Part shown: piece by piece, positions 10,201 to 18,030 of the stretch | How positions within the stretch are numbered: position 1 is the first letter of the stretch | Layout: each line of letters begins with the position of its first letter | IMG/VR virus record: IMGVR_UViG_3300042556_001828 | Span: 1-64,000 of that record | Length of the DNA: 64,000 nucleotides | DNA from: a virus | Direction: 5' to 3' (one strand) | Made by a program: the position numbers and the translations under genes | Notes under the pieces: generated by a model | Database searches by the model: none | Seen by the model: the letters and a program-made list of their open reading frames with translations, nothing else | What the model was told of the DNA's origin: nothing

Positions 10201-10443
10201 GTGAACCTTCACATACGGAAGGTCAACAACCGAACCCGGCTGGCGCTGCGGCCACGGATAGCATGTGTCGTTCAGCCGGTCGTACGTGCCGAGCAGCGTG
10301 TGCTTCTTTTCATCCGTGTTGCTGTAACGATGGAGAACGGCGTGAGGGCCGGCGATGTGAGCGCGCAGCGGCTCCGTGATCTCGGTCGGGACGATCTTGA
10401 ATTCTTGGAAAACGAGAACTTGGGGTTTTACGTAGCTCGACAT
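7210..10443 (-). CDS. Contractile tail sheath protein
   Basis: 1077 aa. N-terminal YVKPQVLVFQEF and a sheath-like C-terminal domain (LNRLAEAGTWIV...RHALTT...IEIVLDLVVPAPLNNIELHLVV), followed by the tube gene. Confidence 0.85.
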   Translation of the reverse strand: MSSYVKPQVLVFQEFKIVPTEITEPLRAHIAGPHAVLHRYSNTDEKKHTLLGTYDRLNDTCYPWPQRQPGSVVDLPYVKVHIDDAMLQYYVHNLGESDTTITAVPGKMNWIQSSTLSFKSNGAAYPRSGVFFDRDVQLGDVVQLRSVSADNDCEETVLSTYVTGFASDLVPSRILPATADVNNQDSYTALSVNGVDVTVSQIDGVDNSVAVTVLDAEDEGANDYDGLAAGYVEEEYVVEVVKSSVAGCAAARLRVTSASGTDDVAEIQPNDFDDADGVTFIGTRGLSVRFTTVNLDQFVVGQKWKFDVKQTYEKVKAVSDADGVNATGESVNGVMGDLDILGAYAGAKNDTYVIECTKGGVWADLPEITVRTVKGLDFSGPTEVAGDGVGGNAVSVNIGTNGVKVKFKSFTDGQEDDYAVPGLRKGDKWYITVNSSQAGPVRKLILRDDLPVALLTQDNVPVDKVGPISITNVGGGYGTVPAVTFSAPGEGVVGAATATGTAVLGTGDNAGKVVGITVTNRGAGYTVAPTITIAAPPAGGGSVTATATCQLISGEDMDLKLFIKDDIQISKNRIGFAPMTNFWYEDTQICVQEGIVAYHPEWTSAGAEQPLNVMAGKVYVEYREWLAELADEVNSISDVANLDQIKGQLDPDNPLKWGVYKALSNSNGTVVKYTAVADPELFDEEGRSLGPDLAKWAQVLERIKGRDDMYNLVPMTFDRRVQNLWAAHIGGESNEIANNWKAGFFAVKAHPVAKVAGQGALIAGVLGEEVVDPVLATLSDDPNATNTQYTRLTVTSGNGYFITNDVRPGDVVRYNYTVDGFGEEQYEEYVVDAVVSESTLLLYSGGDVAVTVPQRVEIYHNRTRNEVVDDIVQQAGSLSNRRVCAVWPDQVGEAGTVQPGYYLSAALAGLVSGVVPHQPLTNVEVAGFDDYSRSYKYFNETQLNRLAEAGTWIVTEDKDGTPFTRHALTTDNLDLNRREEMIRRNVDSMSYLFLRRLRPFIGRTNAQPGMVARLKYEVTAVIDFLSSNGYTEELGSQLISGSIRKLQIHPLLKDRIEIVLDLVVPAPLNNIELHLVV

Positions 10444-10491
10444 GCGTCAGCCTCCGTGCCTAAATTTGTGTGCGGTATGGTGCTCAGCAGT

Positions 10492-10502
10492 AGTATACAC
10501 AA
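10492..10502 (-). promoter_or_regulatory. Candidate late promoter (TGTG-TATACT) for the sheath-tube operon
   Basis: TATACT with upstream TG in the intergenic gap. The same hexamer occurs at 13718-13723 and 59125-59130 ahead of other genes. Confidence 0.4.
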
Positions 10503-10540
10503 CCACGCGTTTCAAAAAAAAATACACGACCGCAAAATTC

Positions 10541-11251
10541 TTAATAGGACAGTAAATCTGATGCCTTAAAGACAATCCGCTTTAAACGCGGTACGTACGG
10601 CTGGAGCGTCCAAGCTTCCTCGGCGACATACGAAACAGTGACAGGTACGGCATAACCCTGTACAACTTCTTGAATCTCTCCTATCCCACCAACCTCGGCC
10701 ACAATAAACCGGTGAAGGTTCATTTGGTCGCGGATGAGGGGCGAAAAATTGATTAAAAACTTAACGACTTCCGTCGTTAAAAATTCGGTTTCAGCGCCGT
10801 TTGGAGACAGGCAATACAGTGTGTGACTGCCCTCCCACACTCCGGCGTACGCATCAGCACCAGTATACTCATTTTTACTTGCCAAATCACCAATACCCTG
10901 CCGCAACCATTTCCAGCCGTTGCGTTTAATTAACACAGCCGGGCGTTTATCGGCAGTTTGGGGCAGCCAACGAGTAATACTTTCTATCAAAATGCCGCCG
11001 GCGTTCAAACCGTTATCTACCGGCTGCCACGCGCCAAGGTTCTGGATGTGCTTCCGTACGCGCGGCTCGTCAATATTGCTCGGGTCAGAGAAGTGCCCGA
11101 TTAACAATTGCCGTAAAAGCCCGGTCATAACGTGCGGGCGCATACCATAAGAACATAGCGTGCTGACCTTATCAACACGGTTCTCCGGCTCGCTGCCCGG
11201 CGGGAACTGGGCTTCAACCTCTGGCGGATTTGAGTCGTCGTAGGTACTCAC
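10541..11251 (-). CDS. Putative tail terminator/completion protein
   Basis: 236 aa between the neck genes and the sheath. Contains a KRPAVLIKR motif. Assignment is by synteny. Confidence 0.5.
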   Translation of the reverse strand: MSTYDDSNPPEVEAQFPPGSEPENRVDKVSTLCSYGMRPHVMTGLLRQLLIGHFSDPSNIDEPRVRKHIQNLGAWQPVDNGLNAGGILIESITRWLPQTADKRPAVLIKRNGWKWLRQGIGDLASKNEYTGADAYAGVWEGSHTLYCLSPNGAETEFLTTEVVKFLINFSPLIRDQMNLHRFIVAEVGGIGEIQEVVQGYAVPVTVSYVAEEAWTLQPYVPRLKRIVFKASDLLSY

Positions 11252-11405
11252 GCAACGGGTCCTTTTTTGGCTGTTCCAACATCTTTACGGGCGGCAACAT
11301 TTTCGGCAGTTTTGACCCAAGCTTGATTTTGGCTAGTTGCGGCACGTGCTTGGCCGCTTCTTTGGCAGCATTGGCTTCGGCTGTTTCGTCCGCATTTTCG
11401 CGCAT
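11214..11405 (-). CDS. Small hypothetical protein
   Basis: 63-aa ORF filling the gap between the neck and terminator genes. Confidence 0.35.
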   Translation of the reverse strand: MRENADETAEANAAKEAAKHVPQLAKIKLGSKLPKMLPPVKMLEQPKKDPLREYLRRLKSARG

Positions 11406-11407
11406 AC

Positions 11408-12670
11408 TTAAATCGCCCAGAAGTCATTTTTGTCCGCTTCTTTGGCCGGTTTTGTCTGCACAGGTATGTTACGCGACGCACTTGGCTTTAATACAGGTGC
11501 GACGTCGGCCGCGTTGCTCATAATAGCGGCCGGGGCTGTCACTGTGAGCGCCTGCACGTCTGGGCCGTAATCGCCGACACGTTCAAATAACAAAACGTAA
11601 TTACCGGGATTGAGCTTTAAACCTGTGTCCCAACGCCCGCTTCCTGCCGTGTTTGCCCGCGCAATCGCGACATCACGGGCTGGAAAACTGGGTTGCGCCG
11701 CGGCATAGACGGCCGCTGGAAACACGTATACTGTCGCCCCTTCAATTGGGCAGCCGGCGCCATTGTAATAAGCTAACGTATCGGGCCCGCCGTAGTTATG
11801 GTCTACAAGCACGCTCCCGGCGCCTACAATTGGTCGCCTGTATACCGGTGTTTCTGCTGGCGCGCCGGTAACGTCTAACGCGTAAATTGGGTTGCTAAAC
11901 GGCATTAAACCCAGCTGCACGTTATACACAATGGGTACGTTACGTAGCGCCGCAATGATCTGAATTGATTCCACCAGCCAGCGCTCATCACTGGCGGCGT
12001 TAACCCAGACGTCATTTTTATTTAGCGCCGGAAATCCGATTACGCGGGCTGTGATATATGGATTGTCGCGTGTTGTGCCTTTAAGCTGCTCGTCAACTTG
12101 TTCCGTAATCGTCGGCAGCGACAGGTCCCAGCACTGCAGTTCCAGCGGCGGATGATAGCCAACCCTAAACCCGGTACCTTGGCAGACGGGGCAGTCCGAG
12201 TCTGTGATTTCTTGAGTTAGCTGGTCACGGCAGCGCGGACACGGCTCACCAAAACGCATTGGTTTGACTAAATAGCCGGGCGTCGCAACGAGCCTATTGC
12301 GCACTTGTTCTTTGCGAATAATCTCACGCGACAGCGCCCAGTCGTGCTCGTTTAGTTCGCCGAAACAGCTGGCCGGTTGCGAGACGTATGTTTCCGCCGG
12401 TGTTGTGAGCGTGACGCGGTAATGGCTGAGTAAATCGTAGCCAGAGTCGTGCCAAGCCGGGTCATAGGCTACAAAGCCGTTGGTAACAGGCGGGCCAATG
12501 TTTACCCAGTCGTTGGCGTTGCGCAGCCCTGTTTTGCCGAACTGCAGCTGGAATACATACGGTCCCGGCTGCTTAAAATCTGTTTCAAGCTGCCACCAGA
12601 CACGGGTAACGCCGCGGACCATATGATCCACAGATACGCGGCGAAAAGGGAATATGCGCTGTTGCGACAT
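11408..12670 (-). CDS. Putative neck/head-closure protein with a Zn finger
   Basis: 420 aa with CPRC...CPVCQGTGFxxGY, lying after the adaptor gene. Confidence 0.55.
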   Translation of the reverse strand: MSQQRIFPFRRVSVDHMVRGVTRVWWQLETDFKQPGPYVFQLQFGKTGLRNANDWVNIGPPVTNGFVAYDPAWHDSGYDLLSHYRVTLTTPAETYVSQPASCFGELNEHDWALSREIIRKEQVRNRLVATPGYLVKPMRFGEPCPRCRDQLTQEITDSDCPVCQGTGFRVGYHPPLELQCWDLSLPTITEQVDEQLKGTTRDNPYITARVIGFPALNKNDVWVNAASDERWLVESIQIIAALRNVPIVYNVQLGLMPFSNPIYALDVTGAPAETPVYRRPIVGAGSVLVDHNYGGPDTLAYYNGAGCPIEGATVYVFPAAVYAAAQPSFPARDVAIARANTAGSGRWDTGLKLNPGNYVLLFERVGDYGPDVQALTVTAPAAIMSNAADVAPVLKPSASRNIPVQTKPAKEADKNDFWAI

Positions 12671-12672
12671 GT

Positions 12673-13692
12673 CTAGTACCGAATACGAATAGCGTCACTG
12701 TAAGAGCTGTACTTGTACGTTGACGAAACCTCGCTGTAACACCCCTCAAGATTAATGCTGGCTTTTGTCGCCCGCACCCAGTCTTTGTACGCCTGCCAGC
12801 GCGCTTGTGCCGCGCGTTCGTAATTCGCTTCTTTGTTCTGGTCGTCGACAGACATGCCGCCGGCTGTATAGCCCAGTTGATTGCGGCGAAATTGCTCCGC
12901 GACCATCATGAACAAGTTGGCGCAAATCCCTTCGAGCCAATGATATCTAAACGGAAAATTCTGCGTTGTGTACACAGCGTCAATTGGCGGCGGGATCTCG
13001 TTCCAGTACATCACAGGGCGCGTAATAGCCAGCGCAATCTCGGCGTCGTCGAACATGAAGTTATCCAGCAAAAAGCTTTCGCTGGGGCTTGAGTCGCGCA
13101 AATGTAGCCGGATCTCAGCAATACTGGGCGGGCCGCCGTAGCCAGCTTGCTCGTTGCCAAACGTGCTGCGCGCAATAACCACAGAGAATGTGTTGGAAAA
13201 AATGACGCAGCGGGCTGTGCCGGCGTCGGCCGGCGCCGTAACAAGGGCCATTTCGCCGTAATAGATGCCCGGAATACCAACCATGTTGGCGCCAAGCTGT
13301 GCCGTTACTTGGCCCGTGGCGGCGTCTGTAACGGTCGCGGGCACTTCAACCGGCGCGTTTCCAACCCCCAGAGACAGCTGCTCCTTGATGCGAAATACGA
13401 CGGCGTAGGGATTATTTGGCGGCGTACTCGGACCAAAACCGGCGCCTGTCAGGTCAACCGGTGCGCCGGCATTGTCGTGCAGCTGCCACGTAATCGTCGC
13501 GCACTGCCCCTGCGTCAACGACACAGATCGCATGCGCGACAGGTTTGGCTTGCCGTTGACCGTCGACACATTTGAGCTGATGACGTTCTGCCCGATTGCA
13601 GCAACCGGTGGCTGCGGCTCTTGCCCGGTGGTGTCTGTGTTATTGCAACATGTCACAATTGGGTGCGGCGCAGGCGTGGCAATAACTACCAT
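12673..13692 (-). CDS. Putative head-tail adaptor with an N-terminal Ig/BppU-like domain
   Basis: C-terminal EIRLHLRD...LLDNFMFDDAEI...WNEIPP...RNQLGYTAGGMSVDD, located downstream of the capsid genes. Confidence 0.55.
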   Translation of the reverse strand: MVVIATPAPHPIVTCCNNTDTTGQEPQPPVAAIGQNVISSNVSTVNGKPNLSRMRSVSLTQGQCATITWQLHDNAGAPVDLTGAGFGPSTPPNNPYAVVFRIKEQLSLGVGNAPVEVPATVTDAATGQVTAQLGANMVGIPGIYYGEMALVTAPADAGTARCVIFSNTFSVVIARSTFGNEQAGYGGPPSIAEIRLHLRDSSPSESFLLDNFMFDDAEIALAITRPVMYWNEIPPPIDAVYTTQNFPFRYHWLEGICANLFMMVAEQFRRNQLGYTAGGMSVDDQNKEANYERAAQARWQAYKDWVRATKASINLEGCYSEVSSTYKYSSYSDAIRIRY

Positions 13693-13725
13693 AGTGCTGT
13701 TCTCCGGTTATCTCATCAGTATACA

Positions 13726-13761
13726 AATAGAAAGGGCTGGCCAGTAACGGCCAGCCCTTCC
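13726..13761 (-). terminator. Intrinsic terminator of the capsid operon
   Basis: AAGGGCTGGCC-GTTACT-GGCCAGCCCTT hairpin followed by TCTATTT on the minus strand. Confidence 0.7.
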
Positions 13762-13786
13762 GTGAAACGATTGCGCTTGCGTGAGA

Positions 13787-14140
13787 TCAGTCGTCGTTCT
13801 GGACGAAGTTCGGGTCTGCGCCTTGCGAGTACGACGGGTCAGTCGTACCAAGAACGCGGCCGGCCATCGCCAGTTCAGCCGTACCGACACCATCCTCGTC
13901 GAGGATGTACACAGACGGGGACTTAATGATCTCAAGGTCGCCGTTCAGCAGGGCGCGTTCCAGCGCCTGAAAATTCCTCTGGCTACGCTGGGCGCCCAGC
14001 GCGCCGACAAGGTCACCGGGGACCGTGAACGTCGCATTGTTAGCCAGCCGCTTGCCGTGCTTGCTCAGAAAGCCGAACACCCGGTCCGCGCCGGACGTGT
14101 TCTTCACTGTTGTATACAGGTCAGTTGTCGTGTTGGGCAT
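13787..14140 (-). CDS. Hypothetical virion protein
   Basis: 117 aa with a GGAG SD, in the capsid operon. Confidence 0.7.
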   Translation of the reverse strand: MPNTTTDLYTTVKNTSGADRVFGFLSKHGKRLANNATFTVPGDLVGALGAQRSQRNFQALERALLNGDLEIIKSPSVYILDEDGVGTAELAMAGRVLGTTDPSYSQGADPNFVQNDD

Positions 14141-14158
14141 TGTTCACTCCGTTATTCT

Positions 14159-14542
14159 TTAGGCGTTCTGCATGGCCGCAGCCGCGGCGGCTTGCAACGT
14201 TAAAACAGCCTGCGCAATTGCAGGCGTCGCGGCCGCTACGTCGGCAGCGCCGGCGTAAGCAGACGACTTCTCAGCGCGGCCGCCAAGGCCCGCGGCGGCA
14301 AGTACCTCGTCAAGCTGCTTGTTAGCAGCACTGAGCGAGGATACTTGCGCAGCCGCGGCCTTTTCCTGTTCAGCCGTGTAGAGCACATGCAGTTTGGACG
14401 CCGCCGACCACATTTCTGCGGCCTCGCTTTCCGAGCGCGGGGCAATCCCGTGCGCGGCAAGCTTTTCGAAGAAATGCGGCGCAGCAAGTTCCGTCACGAT
14501 TGTGGCGTATGCCTGCTCAGCCGCTACCTTAACATTGTCCAT
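14159..14542 (-). CDS. Ala-rich head-associated protein with K-x-A motifs
   Basis: 127 aa with an AGGAG SD. Contains VKVAA, EKLAA, EKAAA and EKSSA. Confidence 0.7.
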   Translation of the reverse strand: MDNVKVAAEQAYATIVTELAAPHFFEKLAAHGIAPRSESEAAEMWSAASKLHVLYTAEQEKAAAAQVSSLSAANKQLDEVLAAAGLGGRAEKSSAYAGAADVAAATPAIAQAVLTLQAAAAAAMQNA

Positions 14543-14577
14543 AACTAGTGCTCCTTGTAATTAAAACGTACGCAATA

Positions 14578-15504
14578 TCACTTGAAGTCAACGCGAGCCA
14601 GACCGTTCGTGTGACCGAACGAGCCGCCTTGCGTCTGGTAGGCAAAGTACTCCAGCATGAACGCCTCACGACGGATGTACATCGTGGTGGGCTCAAGCTC
14701 GTAGTTCTTGCCGATGAACTTCGGCGACGCGAACATGAACAACGAGTCGTCAGGCACAAGATCGCGCTTGATCGTAACAATCCAGCGAGTGTTGAGGAAG
14801 TTAGTCTCCGCCCAACCGTTCTTGATGATGTCCTGCGAGAAGTCGCCGCCCATTTCGTCGCGGCCGAACTTCAGCAGTTCCTTGATGGTGATGTTGTTCA
14901 CCAAGCAAGTCTCCACTTCGAAGTGCGACGGCGTGCGGGGCATAACCTTCAGGGCGTCAACAAGCGTCTCACGGGTGATGCCGCCGCTGATCTCCTCGTA
15001 CTGCACAACGCCGCTAGCGACGTTAGCAACACCAGCAGTCGGCAGCACGGCGTTGAAGGCGGCAATAAACTTGCCGTCTTCCTCAGCGAGCATGTCCTTG
15101 ATCATGTTGTCGCTGAGCACCTGACGAATGTCGATGACATACGTACGGAGTTCGTCGACGTCCTTCACAGCGCGGGGCGACACGATCCGGTCAAACATGA
15201 CGCGGTAACGCGGGCCACGGATGTAGAAGTTGATCGGGAGTGTCGCAAACGGGAGCGACACAGCCGCCGGGGAATCGGGCTCCTTGTCCACAACCTTGAC
15301 GGGCTTGTCAGTGTCAACCTGACGGTCCAGCTCGTCGTTGGTGATGGTCAGCGGGGGCATAATCCGACGGTAGAAACCGTCTTCACGCATCTTGGTGCGC
15401 GTGAAGTCGTTAACTGCGTCGATGGCCTGCTTCTGCATGCCGGGGGTATCGAGCTGCTCAAACAGTGTTTCGTTGAGCAGTTGTACTTCTTGCTGAGTGG
15501 GCAT
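14578..15504 (-). CDS. Major capsid protein (HK97 fold, inferred)
   Basis: Start moved to MPTQQ after a GGAGGT SD. 308 aa with strongly biased codons, in the order protease-scaffold-decoration-MCP, ending ...HTNGLARVDFK. Confidence 0.75.
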   Translation of the reverse strand: MPTQQEVQLLNETLFEQLDTPGMQKQAIDAVNDFTRTKMREDGFYRRIMPPLTITNDELDRQVDTDKPVKVVDKEPDSPAAVSLPFATLPINFYIRGPRYRVMFDRIVSPRAVKDVDELRTYVIDIRQVLSDNMIKDMLAEEDGKFIAAFNAVLPTAGVANVASGVVQYEEISGGITRETLVDALKVMPRTPSHFEVETCLVNNITIKELLKFGRDEMGGDFSQDIIKNGWAETNFLNTRWIVTIKRDLVPDDSLFMFASPKFIGKNYELEPTTMYIRREAFMLEYFAYQTQGGSFGHTNGLARVDFK

Positions 15505-15542
15505 TGTGGGAACCTCCATGTTCCGAGTAGTTAAAAGTTAGG

Positions 15543-16112
15543 TCAGTCGATAGTGGCAGCAGTGCCGGCGGGCAGATAAACGCTCCAGAACGAAAGTGTC
15601 TGGACGCCGTTATGGTTATTCGACGCGCCGCTGGAAACAACACCGCAGACCGCGTTGACGTACTGAACAGCGCTTTGGTTCGTCAGCACGCCGCCCGTGG
15701 AGGCAACGCTAGTCGAAGTACCGGCTGTGAGCAGGTCGCCGGGGTTATAAGTCTGCGAGGTGTCGAATTCAGTCGAAGCAATCTCGTAACCGCCGGTGGC
15801 AACAAGACCCGACAGCTTGCCCGAAGGCGAAACGGCCTGATGCATGAACTTGCCGCCAGCTGTCGTGCCGGGGTTGCTGACGTCGGCATCGCCGGCGCCG
15901 TTCAGCAGGAAGATCGCCATGTGCGAACCGCTAACACCGGGAAGGAATACTTCCTTGCCGGCAGCCAGTTCAAGATGCACAACGCGACCGCGCGGAACAT
16001 CGAACGACACAGAACTCGACAGCTTGGCCGAGTAGTCAAGGGACGCCATATCGAACCAGCCCTTTTTAACGTCAAGGCCGTGTTCGAACATCAGATCGGG
16101 AGCGTAAGCCAT
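15543..16112 (-). CDS. Putative capsid decoration/cement protein
   Basis: 189 aa, beta-rich (YNPGDLLTA...VCGVVS), immediately upstream of the MCP, with a GGAGGT SD. Confidence 0.55.
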   Translation of the reverse strand: MAYAPDLMFEHGLDVKKGWFDMASLDYSAKLSSSVSFDVPRGRVVHLELAAGKEVFLPGVSGSHMAIFLLNGAGDADVSNPGTTAGGKFMHQAVSPSGKLSGLVATGGYEIASTEFDTSQTYNPGDLLTAGTSTSVASTGGVLTNQSAVQYVNAVCGVVSSGASNNHNGVQTLSFWSVYLPAGTAATID

Positions 16113-16174
16113 TGTAAGACCTCCATGTCTTTGTCAATTGTGGGAACATCATGTTCCCGGGTAGTTAAACGAAT

Positions 16175-16603
16175 TCAGGCAGTGGGCGGATTCAGACCAA
16201 GGCCGGTGAACAACTTCACGTCAGAAGCCTTGAGGCGACCATCGCGGGCACCCACATACCCGCTCGTCAAACTAGCCGACGGATCATACCCAGCTGTCTT
16301 CGTTGTCGAAGACAGCGGAGCACCAATGCGAGACAACTCAGCCGCGTTTTTATGCGAGGCCAATTTGATCACAAGTTCCATCGCGCGGACCGGATCCCGA
16401 AGGGCAGCGTCAAGCGCCTCCTTCTGGTGGGCTTCAATGCGCTCATTCTCAACGCAAGCCTTCACAGCTTCGGGGATAAGCCGAGCCAGCTTTTCTTGCG
16501 TTTCTTCTTGAGCTTTGATTACGGACGCGGCCTTAGTCATCGCGGCATCGGAAAACCCGATGTAGTCGACGATCTTCTGTACGAGAGCGTTGTTTGTAGA
16601 CAT
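16175..16603 (-). CDS. Helical head assembly protein
   Basis: Start MSTNN after GGAGGT. Contains TKAAS, EKLAR, HKNAA and TKTAG. Confidence 0.65.
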   Translation of the reverse strand: MSTNNALVQKIVDYIGFSDAAMTKAASVIKAQEETQEKLARLIPEAVKACVENERIEAHQKEALDAALRDPVRAMELVIKLASHKNAAELSRIGAPLSSTTKTAGYDPSASLTSGYVGARDGRLKASDVKLFTGLGLNPPTA

Positions 16604-16619
16604 TAAAACCTCCGGGATA

Positions 16620-17984
16620 TCAACGGTTGACAAGTTCAATAACGTGCTGCTTCATCATATCGCGGAGTTCACGCGACCGCTTGGTGCGCGCTTCCTTGAT
16701 CTGAAACTTGCCAGCTCGTTTAAAATTCACAACAGCGCGGCCAATGGTGTCCAGCTCACCAGCCGGTGTAGCAGCCGCCAGCTTTGGCGCGCCGCCCATC
16801 GCAGCCGGGTCAACCGGAGCCTCACCACCCATGCCGCCCATAGCGTCAGCCTCGCCGCCGGCAGGAGCGCCGCCGTGAGAAATAGCCTGAATCAGTGCTT
16901 CCGGCGGAATACCAAGCTCTTGCAGAGCCATAGCAAGTTCCTGCACGGCGTCGTCTTCCGACGGCGCGCCGCCCATTTCGCCGCCCATTTCGCCGCCCAT
17001 TTCGCCGCCCATTTCGCCGCCCATTTCAGGGGCAACGCCGCCAGCAGCTTCTTCAGCCGCAACCGGAGGAGCGTCACTGGCACCAGAGGCTGCATCGGCC
17101 GGAGCCGAGTGATCTTCGCCCTCAGCAGCTTCTTCAGTCGGATCAGCGGCTGCAGCCTTGGAGCTAGCAAACCCGATAAACAGGTCAGCCATTTCGTCGG
17201 CTTCACGAATCGTGTTAGCGCAAACTTCGCGCACGGAAGCTTCAGCAGCAGCCTTGTCCATGCCGAGCTGCGCAGCCAGCTCGTAACCAGCGTTAAACGC
17301 GGCTTCTTTGCCATCGCGCAGCGACTTAAGATCCGAGCCTTCAATCTTTCCGTCTTTATCGACGTCAAGCTTCTTTTGGCCGCCCTTTAATTCGCCGGTC
17401 GGCGCATTACCGGCTTCCTCTTTTTTTTCTTCGATCTTCTCCTTCAGAAAAGCCGGCATCTCAGCCTGCTTATCAAGGTTCGCGGTACCGAAGTTAATGA
17501 GGTTGGCCAGAATGTCGTTGCCGAGGTTGCTGCAATGCGCACGGGCTTCCTTGAAGTTTACCGAGCTATACTTCTCGCCATCATTGGTCTTGGCGGGATG
17601 CGTGGTGCCCGGGTCATCCTTGGTGCCCTTGTAATCGCGCTCAGCGGCGGGATCTTCGCCGGTCGCAGCAACATTCGTGTTGATGTTGAGCTGCACGTCG
17701 TCTTGACGACCTTCTTGCGACATCTCTGGTGTGTTGTCAACGGCAAGAGCGCCTTGCTGCTTCTTGATGTCAGCTTCGTACTCGCTCGCGCGGGCGCCGG
17801 TGTTGGCGGTTTGCACGTCGTTGTCGACGCTGGTGCTGGGGTGAGTCGAGGCGCCCTGATAGCCACCCGGATCGGACGGCGTGGGGCCAGCGACCTTCTC
17901 GGCGGCAGACTTCACAGAGCTTTGCGAAATCTCTTCAGCCAGAGCGTTAAGTTGAGCGAACAGTGAACGTTGCATCCGTGCCAT
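16620..17984 (-). CDS. Putative scaffolding protein
   Basis: Acidic, Ala-rich, low-complexity protein between the protease and capsid genes, with many K-x-A motifs. Confidence 0.6.
   Translation of the reverse strand: MARMQRSLFAQLNALAEEISQSSVKSAAEKVAGPTPSDPGGYQGASTHPSTSVDNDVQTANTGARASEYEADIKKQQGALAVDNTPEMSQEGRQDDVQLNINTNVAATGEDPAAERDYKGTKDDPGTTHPAKTNDGEKYSSVNFKEARAHCSNLGNDILANLINFGTANLDKQAEMPAFLKEKIEEKKEEAGNAPTGELKGGQKKLDVDKDGKIEGSDLKSLRDGKEAAFNAGYELAAQLGMDKAAAEASVREVCANTIREADEMADLFIGFASSKAAAADPTEEAAEGEDHSAPADAASGASDAPPVAAEEAAGGVAPEMGGEMGGEMGGEMGGEMGGAPSEDDAVQELAMALQELGIPPEALIQAISHGGAPAGGEADAMGGMGGEAPVDPAAMGGAPKLAAATPAGELDTIGRAVVNFKRAGKFQIKEARTKRSRELRDMMKQHVIELVNR
16968..17027. repeat. 12-bp tandem repeat x5 (GCCGCCCATTTC), encoding (EMGG)5
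   Basis: Five perfect copies are visible directly in the sequence. Confidence 0.95.
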
Positions 17985-18030
17985 GGTCATCTCCTTTGGG
18001 TTCTAATCGTTTTAAACGACTAGCTTCCGT

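Noticed and set aside
16968-17027. 12-bp tandem repeat as CRISPR or iterons
   Set aside because: It has no spacers and is an in-frame coding repeat within the scaffold gene.
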